Assembly (NCBI RefSeq): GCF_000150275.1
Contig: NW_002060947.1
Span: 7,053,880-7,117,879, forward strand
Origin: Trichoplax adhaerens
Taxonomy: Eukaryota > Animalia > Placozoa
Direction: 5' to 3'
Length of the DNA stretch: 64,000 nt
The notes under the pieces: generated by a model
Database searches by the model: none
What the model was told of the DNA's origin: nothing
The model's input: the letters and a program-made list of their open reading frames with translations, nothing else
Shown here: positions 1 through 11,984 of the stretch, one piece after another
Layout of the letters: each line of letters begins with the position of its first letter
Position numbering within the stretch: the first letter of the stretch is position 1
Made by a program: the position numbers and the translations under genes

Positions 1-405
1 GTCCATACAGTGTACAGTACAATGTTGTACTGCTACTATTTTCTGTACTGTACACTGTACACTGTACAATACAATGTTATACTGTTACTATTGACTGTAC
101 TGTACACTACAGTAGAGCTCATACGAATCCAGTATAGTAGTACTACTACTAGTATACTAGTAATACTAGTAATACCGTCTCCAAGATACCATTATTTTTA
201 GAGACGATCGTAAGCGCTGCTACAGTACAATATGCCAGTGTACAGTGTACAGTACTGTCGATGAGACACTATCTACTGTAGTGTAGTCCTACAGTCCATC
301 AAGTCCGTGCCCCCTGTACCATACAGTACTAGTACTGTAGTAGTCCCTGCTACTGTACTGTACTGGGGGAAAAGGATTCGATCATCAATATTTGTGAGCA
401 ACGTC

Positions 406-3400
406 ATGGACGACGTCTCCAATTCCAACACCGTTAATGGCGCTGTTTACTGTGTCTTACTGATCGTCCGATGGTTGCCTGTTGGCTTCATTCAAGCGCT
501 ATTAATTTGGTCTTACTACGCATACTTATTTATCATATGTTTTGGAGGTAAGTTGTACATTGATTCTTGTCCAATGTCCTTCTTGCTAAGTGATACCCAT
601 GATTTATTCACTCTTTGTATATATATATGTACAACAGTCATCAGTAGTCTTGAGTCCAACATACTAACGTTATAGATCAACGTTTTACTGTAGTCTACTT
701 TCCTTTAGACACTATTTCTCGATCATAGTCTCACCGTTTGTCATGCAGTGGGAAATACTAAACTCTCTGATTTATAACTATAGCCATTACAGACTAGTAA
801 TAAACTATAGAGTACAGCACAGCGCTTTCAAGTAGGATTGTACCATGGACAGTACAGTAATTAGATAGCGATCAATAATCCACTACTCTCCTTATAAAAT
901 CTTTAGCCTTACTTTATAAAGTGAATCAAAGGATAACCTTTTTGCTTGAGCAGTCCCTGACTCTACTGTATACCGTACAATCGATGTCTAATAGTGTTAG
1001 AAGATCGTAAGTAGGGTTTCGCTTCTAGCAAACCACACGACTATGTCATGACTACAATTGAGTTTTACAGTTGGTCAATATGAATTCTCCCAAGAATCTT
1101 ATTTGAGGTTGTGTTCCTACTACCAAGTAGTACCAACTGCAAGGACAGTTGTAGAACTGACGTTTTAGTCAAGTGTAAGCACTCATTTTACTTTAAATAA
1201 AGCCAATCAACAAGCAATCGATAACATGATTGATGCTACTACAGTACAAGTTTTCCATTACCGTATGTTGACACCGGCAAAGTCCGTTCATGGATTTGAT
1301 ACTCATTCAATCTCTTGTAGTGACTTGAGTAGAGGTACTGCAATTCTACGCGTTCTAATTCTGAGAGTTGAAGTATAGTAATACATCCTAGGCACAGCAG
1401 TTGTAATTCATTATATCTATATTATTGGTAGTAACAGACTGTTGTGCATTTTACGTTGACGAGATTTTGCCTTCAATATCATTTTATACCCACCTGTGAT
1501 AAAGTGTCTTCAAAATAATAAAACAAATACTACAGTTTCTTATCAAGTTTTCTCTACTACTTAAATTAGCTTCGTCGTACAATTACCAAGGACTATCTAG
1601 CTGTAATCACAATATTACAATCAAAAATTAAAAATCACGTATTTTTTCCCACAATCCCATCATTTTAATCTTAAGCCATTTTAGGGCTGCATTACACGAG
1701 CATAAATTGGACAAAAAGTTACTTTTCACTCTAGAATACGATATACTTCATGATACAATATACTGGTACTAATATCAATCAGCAGTACAGCATAAAGGAA
1801 TTGTTATCGGATTAAAATTACAGGCATAACTTTATACTGTCTAATACTTTCGTTTCTTCTTATCTTCTCTACCACGTAGGCTATGTTCACCCAATAGCTT
1901 TGAAAGGTAAATTTTGCTACAACAATCATCATATGAGATCTACGATTATTTAATATACATGGTGTTCTAGTGATACGGTCATATACTGTTTTAAATGAAT
2001 AAGGAAGGATTAATGATGTAATGATTGGATTGCATAGCATCATAGCAAGATTGAAAACTAGTTAGCAATTTCTTTTAAATTTGATTACTTGCCCGTATGA
2101 TTGCTTGATACATAAGTAAATCACCTGTATCCTCGGACAGATCAATTCTCATCGGCTTTTCACATCGTTTGTTATCAACTTAATTAATAACCATTTATTA
2201 TTATCATCATGTCCAGGTTATATAATTGCTTCTATGACCAGTAGATTCTAGTATCATTCTTGTTTACGTTGAGTTTGAATAAATGTTCAATAGTAATTTT
2301 TTAGTATTCTATGCCAATACTAACTATGCCTCATTCATTTGAATTTCAGTTATTTTTGCAGTCCTATACAATATTTTATTTTTCCTCTTGCAATGGTCAT
2401 ATCTCAAATGTATCTTAACTGAACATCAAAACGTTCCGGAATCGGTAATTCTAACTGATTGTTTAATTCCTGTAATGCATTCTGGTATTTCGTTATAAGT
2501 GTCTTTATCGTATCATCACTACTGCATTGATATGATTATTTTTATGCGTATATTCTTTAATATTGATATGTTTTGGCTACTAGTTCGAATTGACTGCTGA
2601 TGAGTGTCTGAGCTTAAACGACGTAAGTGAGCCTATTTTGCTCTAAGTTTCAGCTTAGTAATGTGTGACTAAGATTATGCAGTAATTAGATGTATCTTGG
2701 CTTAAGCTGTTGATAACTCTTATATTTACAATTTTTGGATTCATTTCTTAAATACTAAAATTATGTTACTTATACTACTCTTGTTACAATTAGATGTTAA
2801 CGTACACTTAATAACTGTAAATATAGCTCATAGTGTTCACATGCCTCAACTTATGCAATCATCAGCCCAATTTACTATTAGTAAATATACAGTGTTTATA
2901 AAGAGAAAGTACGTAGATTAGGCAATATCACAAATGAATACGAGTAGGCAAGGTATTCATTAGTTAACGTATGATCCTATTTTTATTTTATAAAGTCGAA
3001 AGAGGAACAGCAGCGAGTTACGGAAGAACTATCAACGAAATTACCAGTTCACTGTCGTGACAGAGAAAAATGTAAGCATACTGGCTATTTGTGTAACGAT
3101 TTAATCAAATCCGTAAATTCACTTAAGAACAAAAAATTGTCAATATTGGTAATTTTATAGTGGTAAGATGGTGTCCCATGTGTAACATTGTTAAACCAGA
3201 TCGCTGCCATCATTGCTCAATATGCAACAAGTATGTTGATAAATTGGTTGGGTATAATATTACCATTATTAGATAAATTGTTGGAACCGATTCTGTGTAT
3301 ACCATTTATTTCTATTGCTTTCCTCAAATAACGTAAGTTCTTTTCTGCCCTGTAGGTGTATTATGAAGATGGATCATCATTGCCCATGGTTAATATCAAT

Positions 3401-4400
3401 TTGTTTTAATTTTCGCGATATGTGAATTTACCTTTTTGTACTTGGACGCACAATTTCTGTACAGACTCGGATAATTTATAAGAGATTATGTTGCTTTCAA
3501 TTTTATCCAGGGTAAACAATTGTGTGGGATTCGCAAACTATAAGTATTTCCTGGTATTTCTTTTCCATGCGTGTTTACTGACGTTCTACCTTGCATTTAG
3601 TGTTTTGCCCTATTTTATTATTGCTTGGAATGTACGTACTGCCACCTACCTAATAATCGACTGATTGTTACTTTCTTATGAAATGTTATCTTTACAATAG
3701 CTTTCTTGCTCTTTTCCCACTGTAATCTAGGATCGTAACTCCCCAATAGCGGATAAAATTCAGATAATCTTTCTCTTTATTATGTCGGCTGCATTCGGTG
3801 TTAGTGTGTGTGTCTTGCTTCTTTATCATATTGCTTTAGTGGCAAATAATCGGAGCACTTTAGGTTTGAAATGTTATATTGATGATTTTTTCGTAATTGA
3901 AAGATAGTATCAATGCTAATTCATATTCTAATATGTTCGAAACGTAGAAGCATCTCGCCATACAGTATTCGATTATGGGATTGATGCAAATGGATTTTTT
4001 ATCGGTTATAAAAATAATTTTATGGAGGTTTTTGGCAAAAAGAAATGGTTATGGTGTCTACCAGTTTGGACAAGGTAAGTTAGCAATGCATTGCTCTACT
4101 TAGGGGGCATGTTTATTTGGAGATGTTGTAGAATAGGTATAAAGTCTCTTATGAAAATTGACAGCCTTTTCTAATCGATCTGTAATGTTATGTGATTGTC
4201 CTATCATTTATAGCGTTGGAAATGGCTTTTCCTACCCTCTTAGAATATCTACTCTACACGGATTGGAATCTGGAATAGGAGAGAGAAGGCATTTAGTTTG
4301 TCCTGACACTCATAGGTACTGTTTCGAATCTGGTGATGAAGAAATAAATGACGCTTCTAAAGATTCTGCCAACAATAGTAACATTGAACCAAAGTCATAA
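406..4400 (+). CDS. DHHC palmitoyltransferase, ZDHHC2/15/20 subfamily (multi-exon)
   Basis: Spliced manually, all GT-AG and in frame: 406-547, 1880-1906 (27-nt exon), 2350-2444, 2584-2622, 2996-3071, 3161-3230, 3356-~3388, 3511-~3631, 3731-~3863, ~3949-4073, ~4214-4400. Encodes [45 protein letters not shown] (DHHC-CRD), a TTxE-like STLE motif and NFMEVFG...W.LP...GNGFSYP (PaCCT-like). Confidence 0.93.
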
Positions 4401-4934
4401 TTGATCCATTTTTGTTAGTTATAACATTATTATTAACACTGAATCGATACATTTTTCTACTTTAAATGACTCTGTAGTGTTGATACTCTCAAGGGTTTGA
4501 AGCCCATCATTACGTTAAGACTAGCCATGACTGCTGGCATCTTTTAATTCATTCTTTACCGCAGCATTTATGTAGAAAGAGTAAGGATTCTTTTTTAAGT
4601 TATCTTCAAATGATACGGTAGCAGCAAAGTTAATACTTGTTTGATTTATTATTATCACGTCGTTGTAGGTGTTATTATGTAATTGATCATGTATCATTGA
4701 TCTTTTTTTGATGTAACAACTCCAGTATTTTTAAAACTTTGCACTATGCAATCATCATTCAATTAGTTATACAAGAGTTGAATAACTCCTGCACTATATG
4801 CTAGGCCTCACAAAGAGTTATAACGACAGCTTTAGTTTTTATTTAGGGTCAATAGATAGAAACTTTGTAATAACCAAAATGTATTCTTTCTAGGAATTCG
4901 TAAACATGTTAATAATCAAATTATATATAAATAC

Positions 4935-4952
4935 ATATATATATATATATAT
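4935..4952. repeat. (TA)n microsatellite
   Basis: Run of TA dinucleotides between the convergent 3' ends of the ZDHHC gene and MCTS1. Confidence 0.8.
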
Positions 4953-5305
4953 AGTTATGCTTGTATATGTAGATAAGTGTATACTATGTAACTGTACATT
5001 TCATTTAATCTGCTTTATGCATGTTTAGATGTATCACTTTTGACAAGTCTACAATATCGCATTGCAAACGAATTCCTTACTCTGCTTTAACTATCACTGA
5101 GCTATTATGTAGATAAAACGGATCACTGATCCGATGATGCAATCGCGCATGATTGCAACTGCTTACACAATAGCTTTATCGCTATTTAATTTCATCATCG
5201 GATGTGGATAATTCCTAATTATAATTGACGTTAGCCTACTGATGATGTATTTAAGATACAGTTTGTATAATAAAAATATTACGTTGTCTAAGATATGATT
5301 AAGAT

Positions 5306-7001
5306 TTACTTTTCCAGTTCACTAACGTACCATAAGCCATCGCCTAAAAAGTGGATATTTTCTATCGCGATACCTTTGTTAATCTTAGCTCTGGAAAATT
5401 GAAAATTGAATTTCTTAGTTGCTCAATTACTCTATTAAACACGGTCAAGAGCCCTAAGCTGGATGGATTCTACAAGTAGAACAATTTTAATACCGAGATT
5501 ATACAGATAATGTCATATTTGCTTACATATTTTCAGACGATAGCTTCATCTTCCCTATACTGATTGCATGTTGTTTACCTTCAGCCATGACGGCCTTTAT
5601 TTATTATAATGTCGCTAAAGATTTAATAACAAACATCACATTCTTGCAATTTGTTGTTGTATTTAATCTTAGATTATACATCAATTTCACTACTATAAGA
5701 ATAAAGCAGGAATTTATTACTATCACTCATTATGATATTACCCAACTATTTGTCATTTCGACTGGTAACAACTACATTATGGTAGATTACGACTACGCCG
5801 GTGACCAAGCATTTATTAGTGGACTGGCCAGTCAATGAGCAAGAAATGTGAAAAGTATGACATAGCTGAGCAACAAAGTCTAATCTTTTTAAACTGTAAT
5901 CAATTTAGATAGCATCTCAGCTTATAAGCTATGTAAGATTAATAAGGATACAACTATTGTTTCTTCCTCCGTTGGAACCATCTTTCCACCAGGGGAAGTT
6001 AATCCAGGGCACATGATATTTGCACCACTAAGGATAAACCTAATAGCCCCTCGATCAACTTGCTGCTGGGGGAGGATGAAGGGATCTAAACGGTTTATCG
6101 AGTTGCATGAAAGACTTTAGTGCAAGTTAAATTATCCTAAGGTCATTGAGTGTAAGAGTTAGTGAAAGTAATAGCTTGATTATTCAAAAATTTCTGAATG
6201 TACACTTGTTTCAGCGAAGTCGGGCTGATTACTGGTCAAGCGTAATCAGCCAGTTCCAATCACAGGTAGTTGTAGTTTTTGCTAGCGTCATTATTGATTG
6301 ATTGATTATGGCTGACGTAAATGGAAATAATTATAACTTACATTGATGTAAAAGTCTTAACGTTGGAAAGAAAGGGCCATCACGTTGTCGAAAGAACAAC
6401 AGCTTGGTATTAATGGATACAATTTCAATATGATCATGGCTGTAGTATAGAATCAAGAAACGTAGGACATCGAATTTAGAAAGAGTCAAAGCATGCCGGT
6501 AGTTTTATCTTGCAAGCATTACTGTAGCACTAAATATGTAATGATCCAATGATACTGACAGGATCAATCTCGCAGCAACAACATTTTAAACTAATTTTGC
6601 AATATCATGACAACAGTAGGGAGGGTGCAATTAAGATTGAACATTTGCAAACATATCCTACGCATCGATGTATTCACCATTTGACTAATATGAGCGCTGC
6701 TTTCTTGGGTAGAATATCATCGATGTAATCTTGTAAATCAGGAAACTGCTGTAAAACTTTGGCACGGATTCCACGTTGTACGGAAGATTTCACTTGACTG
6801 GAACTAACGATATCTTGCTTAGAATCGAATCTAGAGTAGAATATAGATTGAAAGAGAAACAATCAATTATGAAAGCTGCACTTGGAAAGTATTTGATTGA
6901 TAGCTGGAAAAGGGAAGGATTGCACTTTTCAAATGATCTAGTCGATTGCAATACACTGTTATCCACTGGTGCATTCAGCAGTAAGCTTACTTTTTAAACA
7001 T
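5306..7001 (-). CDS. MCTS1: Malignant T-cell-amplified sequence 1 (PUA-domain translation reinitiation factor)
   Basis: Exons (minus): 7001-6991 (MFKK), ~6831-6678 ([22 protein letters not shown]...), ~6439-6342 (HDHIEI...[19 protein letters not shown]), 6085-5952 ([33 protein letters not shown]), 5594-~5527 ([14 protein letters not shown]), ~5390-5306 ([18 protein letters not shown]...stop). Confidence 0.95.
5595..5951 (-). other. U12-type (minor spliceosome) GT-AG intron in MCTS1
   Basis: Donor reads GTATCCTTATT (U12 consensus RTATCCTT). The acceptor AATAAATAAAG has no polypyrimidine tract. A branch-like TCTTTAGC lies at 5621-5614, about 20 nt upstream of the AG. Confidence 0.82.
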
Positions 7002-7254
7002 GTTTGGTGGCCACTTTAAAAGTAGATCAGTATTGATTGGATTATCGAATAAGATGTTGGATTAGAATCGTTGATATCACGTCGAAGGTTAAGAATGGAC
7101 GAGGATTGGATTAGTGTTGTCATGGCCTCGATGCAACTGTTCCATGCTGGTAGTGCAGTGCCATAGTGTACATGTACATGCAGTGGACAGCGAGTGGTGG
7201 AGGGTAGTCTACGCATACTCTACTCTACTCTACATGGACTCCAGTACTCCTTTA

Positions 7255-7728
7255 TAGTGTTGTCTACCACTGGGTACAGTACTGTACAGTGTACAGTGTA
7301 CAGTAGAAAGACAGAACGGCTGCAAGCAGTACTGTACACTGTAGCAGTCGGTTGGGATTGATATTAGTGATATTAGTGTTGTCTACCACTGGCCGTACAG
7401 TACTGTACAGTGTACAGTGTACAGTAGAAAGACAGAACGGCTGCGAGCAGTACTGTACACTGTAGCAGTCGGTTGGGATTGATATTAGTGATATTAGTGT
7501 TGTCTACCACTGGCCGTACAGTACTGTACAGTGTACAGTGTACAGTAGAAAGACAGAACGGCTGCGAGCAGTACTGTACACTGTAGCAGTCGGTTGGGAT
7601 TGATATTAGTGATATTAGTGTTGTCTACCACTGGCCGTACAGTACTGTACAGTGTACAGTGTACAGTAGAAAGACAGAACGGCTGCGAGCAGTACTGTAC
7701 ACTGTAGCAGTCGGTTGGGATTGATATT
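7255..7728. repeat. ~121-bp tandem repeat, about 4 copies
   Basis: Unit TAGTGTTGTCTACCACTGGCCGTACAGTACTGTACAGTG...GGTTGGGATTGATATTAGTGATAT starts at 7255, 7374, 7495 and 7616. The duplicate segment after the gap has only one copy. Confidence 0.95.
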
Positions 7729-7742
7729 ACAAGAAATCAATT

Positions 7743-8540
7743 CTAGTATCAATCCCAACAGTGGCAAATCAGTAATTCATTCATTCTAAGGATTGATATT
7801 AGAATTCATTACTGATTTGCCACTGTTGGGATGCATATTGGAATAAATTGCTGATTTGCCACTGTTGGGATTGATATTAGAATGAATTGCTGATTTGCCA
7901 CTGTTGGGATTGATATTGGAATGAATTGCTGATTTGCCACTGTTGGGATTGATATTGGAATGAATTGCTGATTTGCCACTGTTGGGATGCATATTGGAAT
8001 GAATTGCTGATTTGCCACTGTTGGGATGCATATTGGAATGAATTGCTGATTTGCCACTGTTGGGATTGATATTGGAATGAATTGCTGATTTGCCACTGTT
8101 GGGATTGATATTAGAATGAATTGCTGAGTTGCCACTGTTGGGATGCATATTGGAATGAATTGCTGATTTGCCACTGTTGGGATGCATATTGGAATGAATT
8201 GCTGATTTGCCACTGTTGGGATTGATATTAGAATGAATTGCTGATTTGCCACTGTTGGGATTGATATTAGAATGAATTGCTGAGTTGCCACTGTTGGGAT
8301 TGATATTAGAATTCATTACTGATTTGCTACTGTTGGGATTGATATTACAATGAATTCTAGTATCAATCCCAACAGTGGCAAATCAATAATTCATTCTAGG
8401 GATTGATATTAGAATTCATTACTGATTTGCCACTGTTGGGATCGATATTACAATGAATTCTAGTATCAATCCCATCAGTGGCAAATCAGTAATGAACTCT
8501 AGGGATTGATACTAGAATTCATTACTCATTTGCCACTGTA
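7743..8540. repeat. 39-bp minisatellite array with interspersed inverted units (copy 1)
   Basis: Unit GAATGAATTGCTGATTTGCCACTGTTGGGATTGATATTA (variant ...GGGATGCATATTG), about 14 tandem units. Reverse-complement units lie near 7743, 8358 and 8461. Confidence 0.95.
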
Positions 8541-8552
8541 TCATTTCAGAAT

Positions 8553-8602
8553 NNNNNNNNNNNNNNNNNNNNNNNNNNNNNNNNNNNNNNNNNNNNNNNN
8601 NN
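8553..8602. other. Assembly gap (N run)
   Basis: Run of 50 N. Confidence 1.
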
Positions 8603-10099
8603 CATACACTGTTATCCACTGGTGCATTCAGCAGTAAGCTTACTTTTTAAACATGTTTGGTGGCCACTTTAAAAGTAGATCAGTATTGATTGGATTATCG
8701 AGTAAGATGTTGGATTAGAATCGTTGATATCACGTCGAAGGTTAAGAATGGACGAAGAGGACCAGTGTTGTCATGGCCTCGATGCAACTGTTCCATGCTG
8801 GTAGTGCAGTGCCATAGTGTACATGTACATGCAGTGGACAGCGAGTGGTGGAGGGTAGTCTACGCATACTCTACTCTACTCTACATGGACTCCAGTACTC
8901 CTTTATAGTGTTGTCTACCACTGGGTACAGTACTGTACAGTGTACAGTGTACAGTAGAAAGACAGCACGGCTGCGAGCAGTACTGTACACTGTAGCAGTC
9001 GGTTGGGATTGATATTACAAGAAATCAATTCTAGTATCAATCCCAACAGTGGCAAATCAGTAATTCATTCATTCTAAGGATTGATATTAGAATTCATTAC
9101 TGATTTGCCACTGTTGGGATGCATATTGGAATGAATTGCTGATTTGCCACTGTTGGGATTGATATTAGAATGAATTGCTGAGTTGCCACTGTTGGGATTG
9201 ATATTGGAATGAATTGCTGATTTGCCACTGTTGGGATTGATATTGGAATGAATTGCTGATTTGCCACTGTTGGGATGCATATTGGAATGAATTGCTGATT
9301 TGCCACTGTTGGGATGCATATTGGAATGAATTGCTGATTTGCCACTGTTGGGATTGATATTGGAATGAATTGCTGATTTGCCACTGTTGGGATTGATATT
9401 AGATTGAATTGCTGATTTGCCACTGTCGGGATTGATATTAGATTGAATTGCTGATTTGCCACTGTTGGGATGCATATTAGAATGAATTGCTGATTTGCCA
9501 CTGTTGGGATGCATATTAGAATGAATTCTAGTATCAATCCCAACAGTGGTAAATCAGTAATTCATTCTAAGGATTGATATTAGAATTCATTACTGATTTG
9601 CCACTGTTGGGATGCATACTAGAATAAATTGCTGAGTTGCCACTGTTGGAATTGATATTAGAATTCATTACTGATTTACCACTGTTGCGATTGATATTAG
9701 AATGAATTGCTGATTTGCCACTGTTGGGATTGATATTAGATTGAATTGCTGATTTGCCACTGTTGGGATTGATATTAGAATGAATTGCTAAGTTGCCACT
9801 GTTGGAATTGATATTAGGATGAATTACTGATTTGCCACTGTTGCGATTGATATTAGAATGAATTACTGATTTGCCACTGTTGCGATTGATATTAGAATGA
9901 ATTCTAGTATCAATCCCAACAATGGCAAATCAATAATTCATTCTAGGGATTGATATTAGAATTCATTACTGATTTGCCACTGTGGGATTGATATTACAAC
10001 GAATTCTAGTATCAATCCCATCAGCGGCAAATCAGTAATGAACTCTAGGGATTGATACTAGAATTTATTACTCCTTTGCCACTGTATCATTTCAGAATT
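8603..10099. repeat. Second version of segment 6950-8552 (includes MCTS1 exon 1, one 121-bp unit and a longer 39-bp minisatellite)
   Basis: Starts ATACACTGTTATCCACTGGTGCATTCAGC as at ~6951 and ends CCACTGTATCATTTCAGAAT as at ~8552. Differs by SNPs, small indels and repeat counts. Confidence 0.92.
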
Positions 10100-10595
10100 A
10101 CAAATATGCCATTGCCAATTTCAGGTATTTTACCAATATGCCATTGGAGAGCCATGACACGATCGACGCACTCTCAGTCCATGCCTATCACCATTTTCCC
10201 CCTAAGTTACAGTACTAGGTTGATACAGTGTACAGTACGACTGAGTTCACAGTGTTAGTACTGTAGATGACGCTAGACCAGCAGTTGGATATACTGTAGA
10301 CTGCCTCGAAATTCTACAGCAGAGTCGATCAGTGGATTGATTCTTGGTTTGGCCAGTTAATTTCTCCTTGGAGCGAGTAGCAATCCATCTCTTCTCCACT
10401 TGCAAGTGGATTTCCATGCTACAACTTGCCTCAATCGTAGAATTTTTATTGGAGGTCGCTGCACGCTCCATTCTATCCTACTCAAGTGGCCAACTAAAAG
10501 GGAGACTGTGCTGGAGTACAGTCGATCACGGTGGATCGCTCTTGGAAGATTGTAGCCAGCTAGGCTAAGACGATTATAGTAGATAGATTATCGAC

Positions 10596-11984
10596 ATGGT
10601 AACCAGCAACAAGATGTCCGATGATATTATTACGTTAAGTGAAGAAAGAGGATTGTATTTACAGCCTTATTGTCGGATTAATATTAAGGCACAAATACCT
10701 GAGATAAAAGGAGTTGGGAAATCCATCTCCAATTGGGAAATTATGGAAAAATTACGAGCAGCTATTCAACCCTATGAATTTAGCTTACTCAAGGTCGAGT
10801 CCATTACTCGAGAAATGGTGACTTTTGAGGGAGAATTATTGACTCGTCAGTCCAAAAAGCCAGTTCTCCACATGTTAAATGGTAAACAATTAAAATTGAG
10901 TGGATTCTCCAGCGCTTTTGCCCTTTCAGCCAGTGAAAACAAAAGCGACAACTATCCTACTCAGCATGATTGGGAATCTTTCTTTGCTGACATGGATCAA
11001 ACTGAATATGGCGAACGGCCGGATACTGTCGTCATCGATAATTTACCATGCTACTGGTTTATGGATCCTGGCCACCACAGTACAGATCATAAACCCAATC
11101 AAGATATCGTTATGCAAGTATTTAGCAAATTTGGCACCATTCGCTGCTTGCATATTCCTTTACTGGATAAATATCACAAAAGTGCTGATAATCCATTTCA
11201 GACATTTTCATTCAATAATCAATTGAATTTTAAAGTATATATTCAATATGAAGAATATCAAGGATTTTGCCTAGCCATTCACCAATTGAAAGGTATGAAA
11301 CTACAGTACCGATTAAATCGTACTCAAGATGGCCAAAAAAAGGAAATGCTGGCCAAGATACAGGTCGATTTCGATAAAACTGGCCATTTAAACTCCAAAA
11401 ATATTCGAAAGAGGCGATTTGAAAAATTAAAATTACAACAATTAGAAAAGGAAGCTGATGACAAAGCTAAACTTGAACAGCAAAAAAAAGAAGAATTAGA
11501 AAGGCAACGAGAATCGGAAAGAAAAAGACAAGAAGAAGAACGACGTAGACAGCAATTAGAAGAGGAAAAACGGCGAAAGGAGAGATATCAAGAGAAAAGA
11601 AGGCAGAAAAATCAACGTCAACAACTACGCCAGCAAAAACGGGAAAGATTGCGTCAATTGCAATTACAGTTGCAAAATGAATTAGACCAAAGACGAAAAA
11701 ATGCAGAGGAAAAATTGGCTGTTATGAATCTTGAGAATAAGAATCGAGCTAAACAATTGTTAACTTATTTATTACAACAAATTGCTAATGTTCGTATAGA
11801 GAAAGTAAGGAAATGCCAAGAGGAGGAAAGAAAGAGAAAGCAATTAGCCGGCGAAGAATCTTTGCGACGACGACTAATTAACAAAATTAAAAAGCAGGAA
11901 AGTAGAAAAAGGGCATTAAAGCGTGAATTATTATGCAGGCAAATAGATGGATCTTTGCTAAGATCTGCCATTGTAAAGAAGTAA
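10596..11984 (+). CDS. AKAP17A: A-kinase anchor protein 17A / XE7 / SFRS17A-like splicing factor (intronless)
   Basis: 462-aa ORF containing GLYLQPYCRINI..Q.P...GKSISNWEIMEKLR, HDWESFF, GERPDTV.I.NLPC.WF, an RRM-like FSKFGTIR...IP.LD.Y segment and VDFDKTGHL, followed by a long E/K/R coiled coil. Confidence 0.9.
   Translation: MVTSNKMSDDIITLSEERGLYLQPYCRINIKAQIPEIKGVGKSISNWEIMEKLRAAIQPYEFSLLKVESITREMVTFEGELLTRQSKKPVLHMLNGKQLKLSGFSSAFALSASENKSDNYPTQHDWESFFADMDQTEYGERPDTVVIDNLPCYWFMDPGHHSTDHKPNQDIVMQVFSKFGTIRCLHIPLLDKYHKSADNPFQTFSFNNQLNFKVYIQYEEYQGFCLAIHQLKGMKLQYRLNRTQDGQKKEMLAKIQVDFDKTGHLNSKNIRKRRFEKLKLQQLEKEADDKAKLEQQKKEELERQRESERKRQEEERRRQQLEEEKRRKERYQEKRRQKNQRQQLRQQKRERLRQLQLQLQNELDQRRKNAEEKLAVMNLENKNRAKQLLTYLLQQIANVRIEKVRKCQEEERKRKQLAGEESLRRRLINKIKKQESRKRALKRELLCRQIDGSLLRSAIVKK

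Noticed and set aside
995-1006. Possible 12-nt microexon (TAG|TGTTAGAAGATC|GTAAGT) in ZDHHC intron 1
   Set aside because: Weak acceptor; the 27-nt exon at 1880-1906 already supplies the expected loop.
7786-9543. Repetitive ORFs (NSGKSAIHSNINP)n and (PTVANQQFIPISI)n
   Set aside because: By-products of a 39-bp (multiple of 3) minisatellite lacking stops in two frames. They lie in a promoter region with no unique coding flanks or splice context.
7255-10085. CRISPR-like appearance of the regular repeats
   Set aside because: Units are contiguous without unique spacers, the context is eukaryotic, and there are no cas genes.
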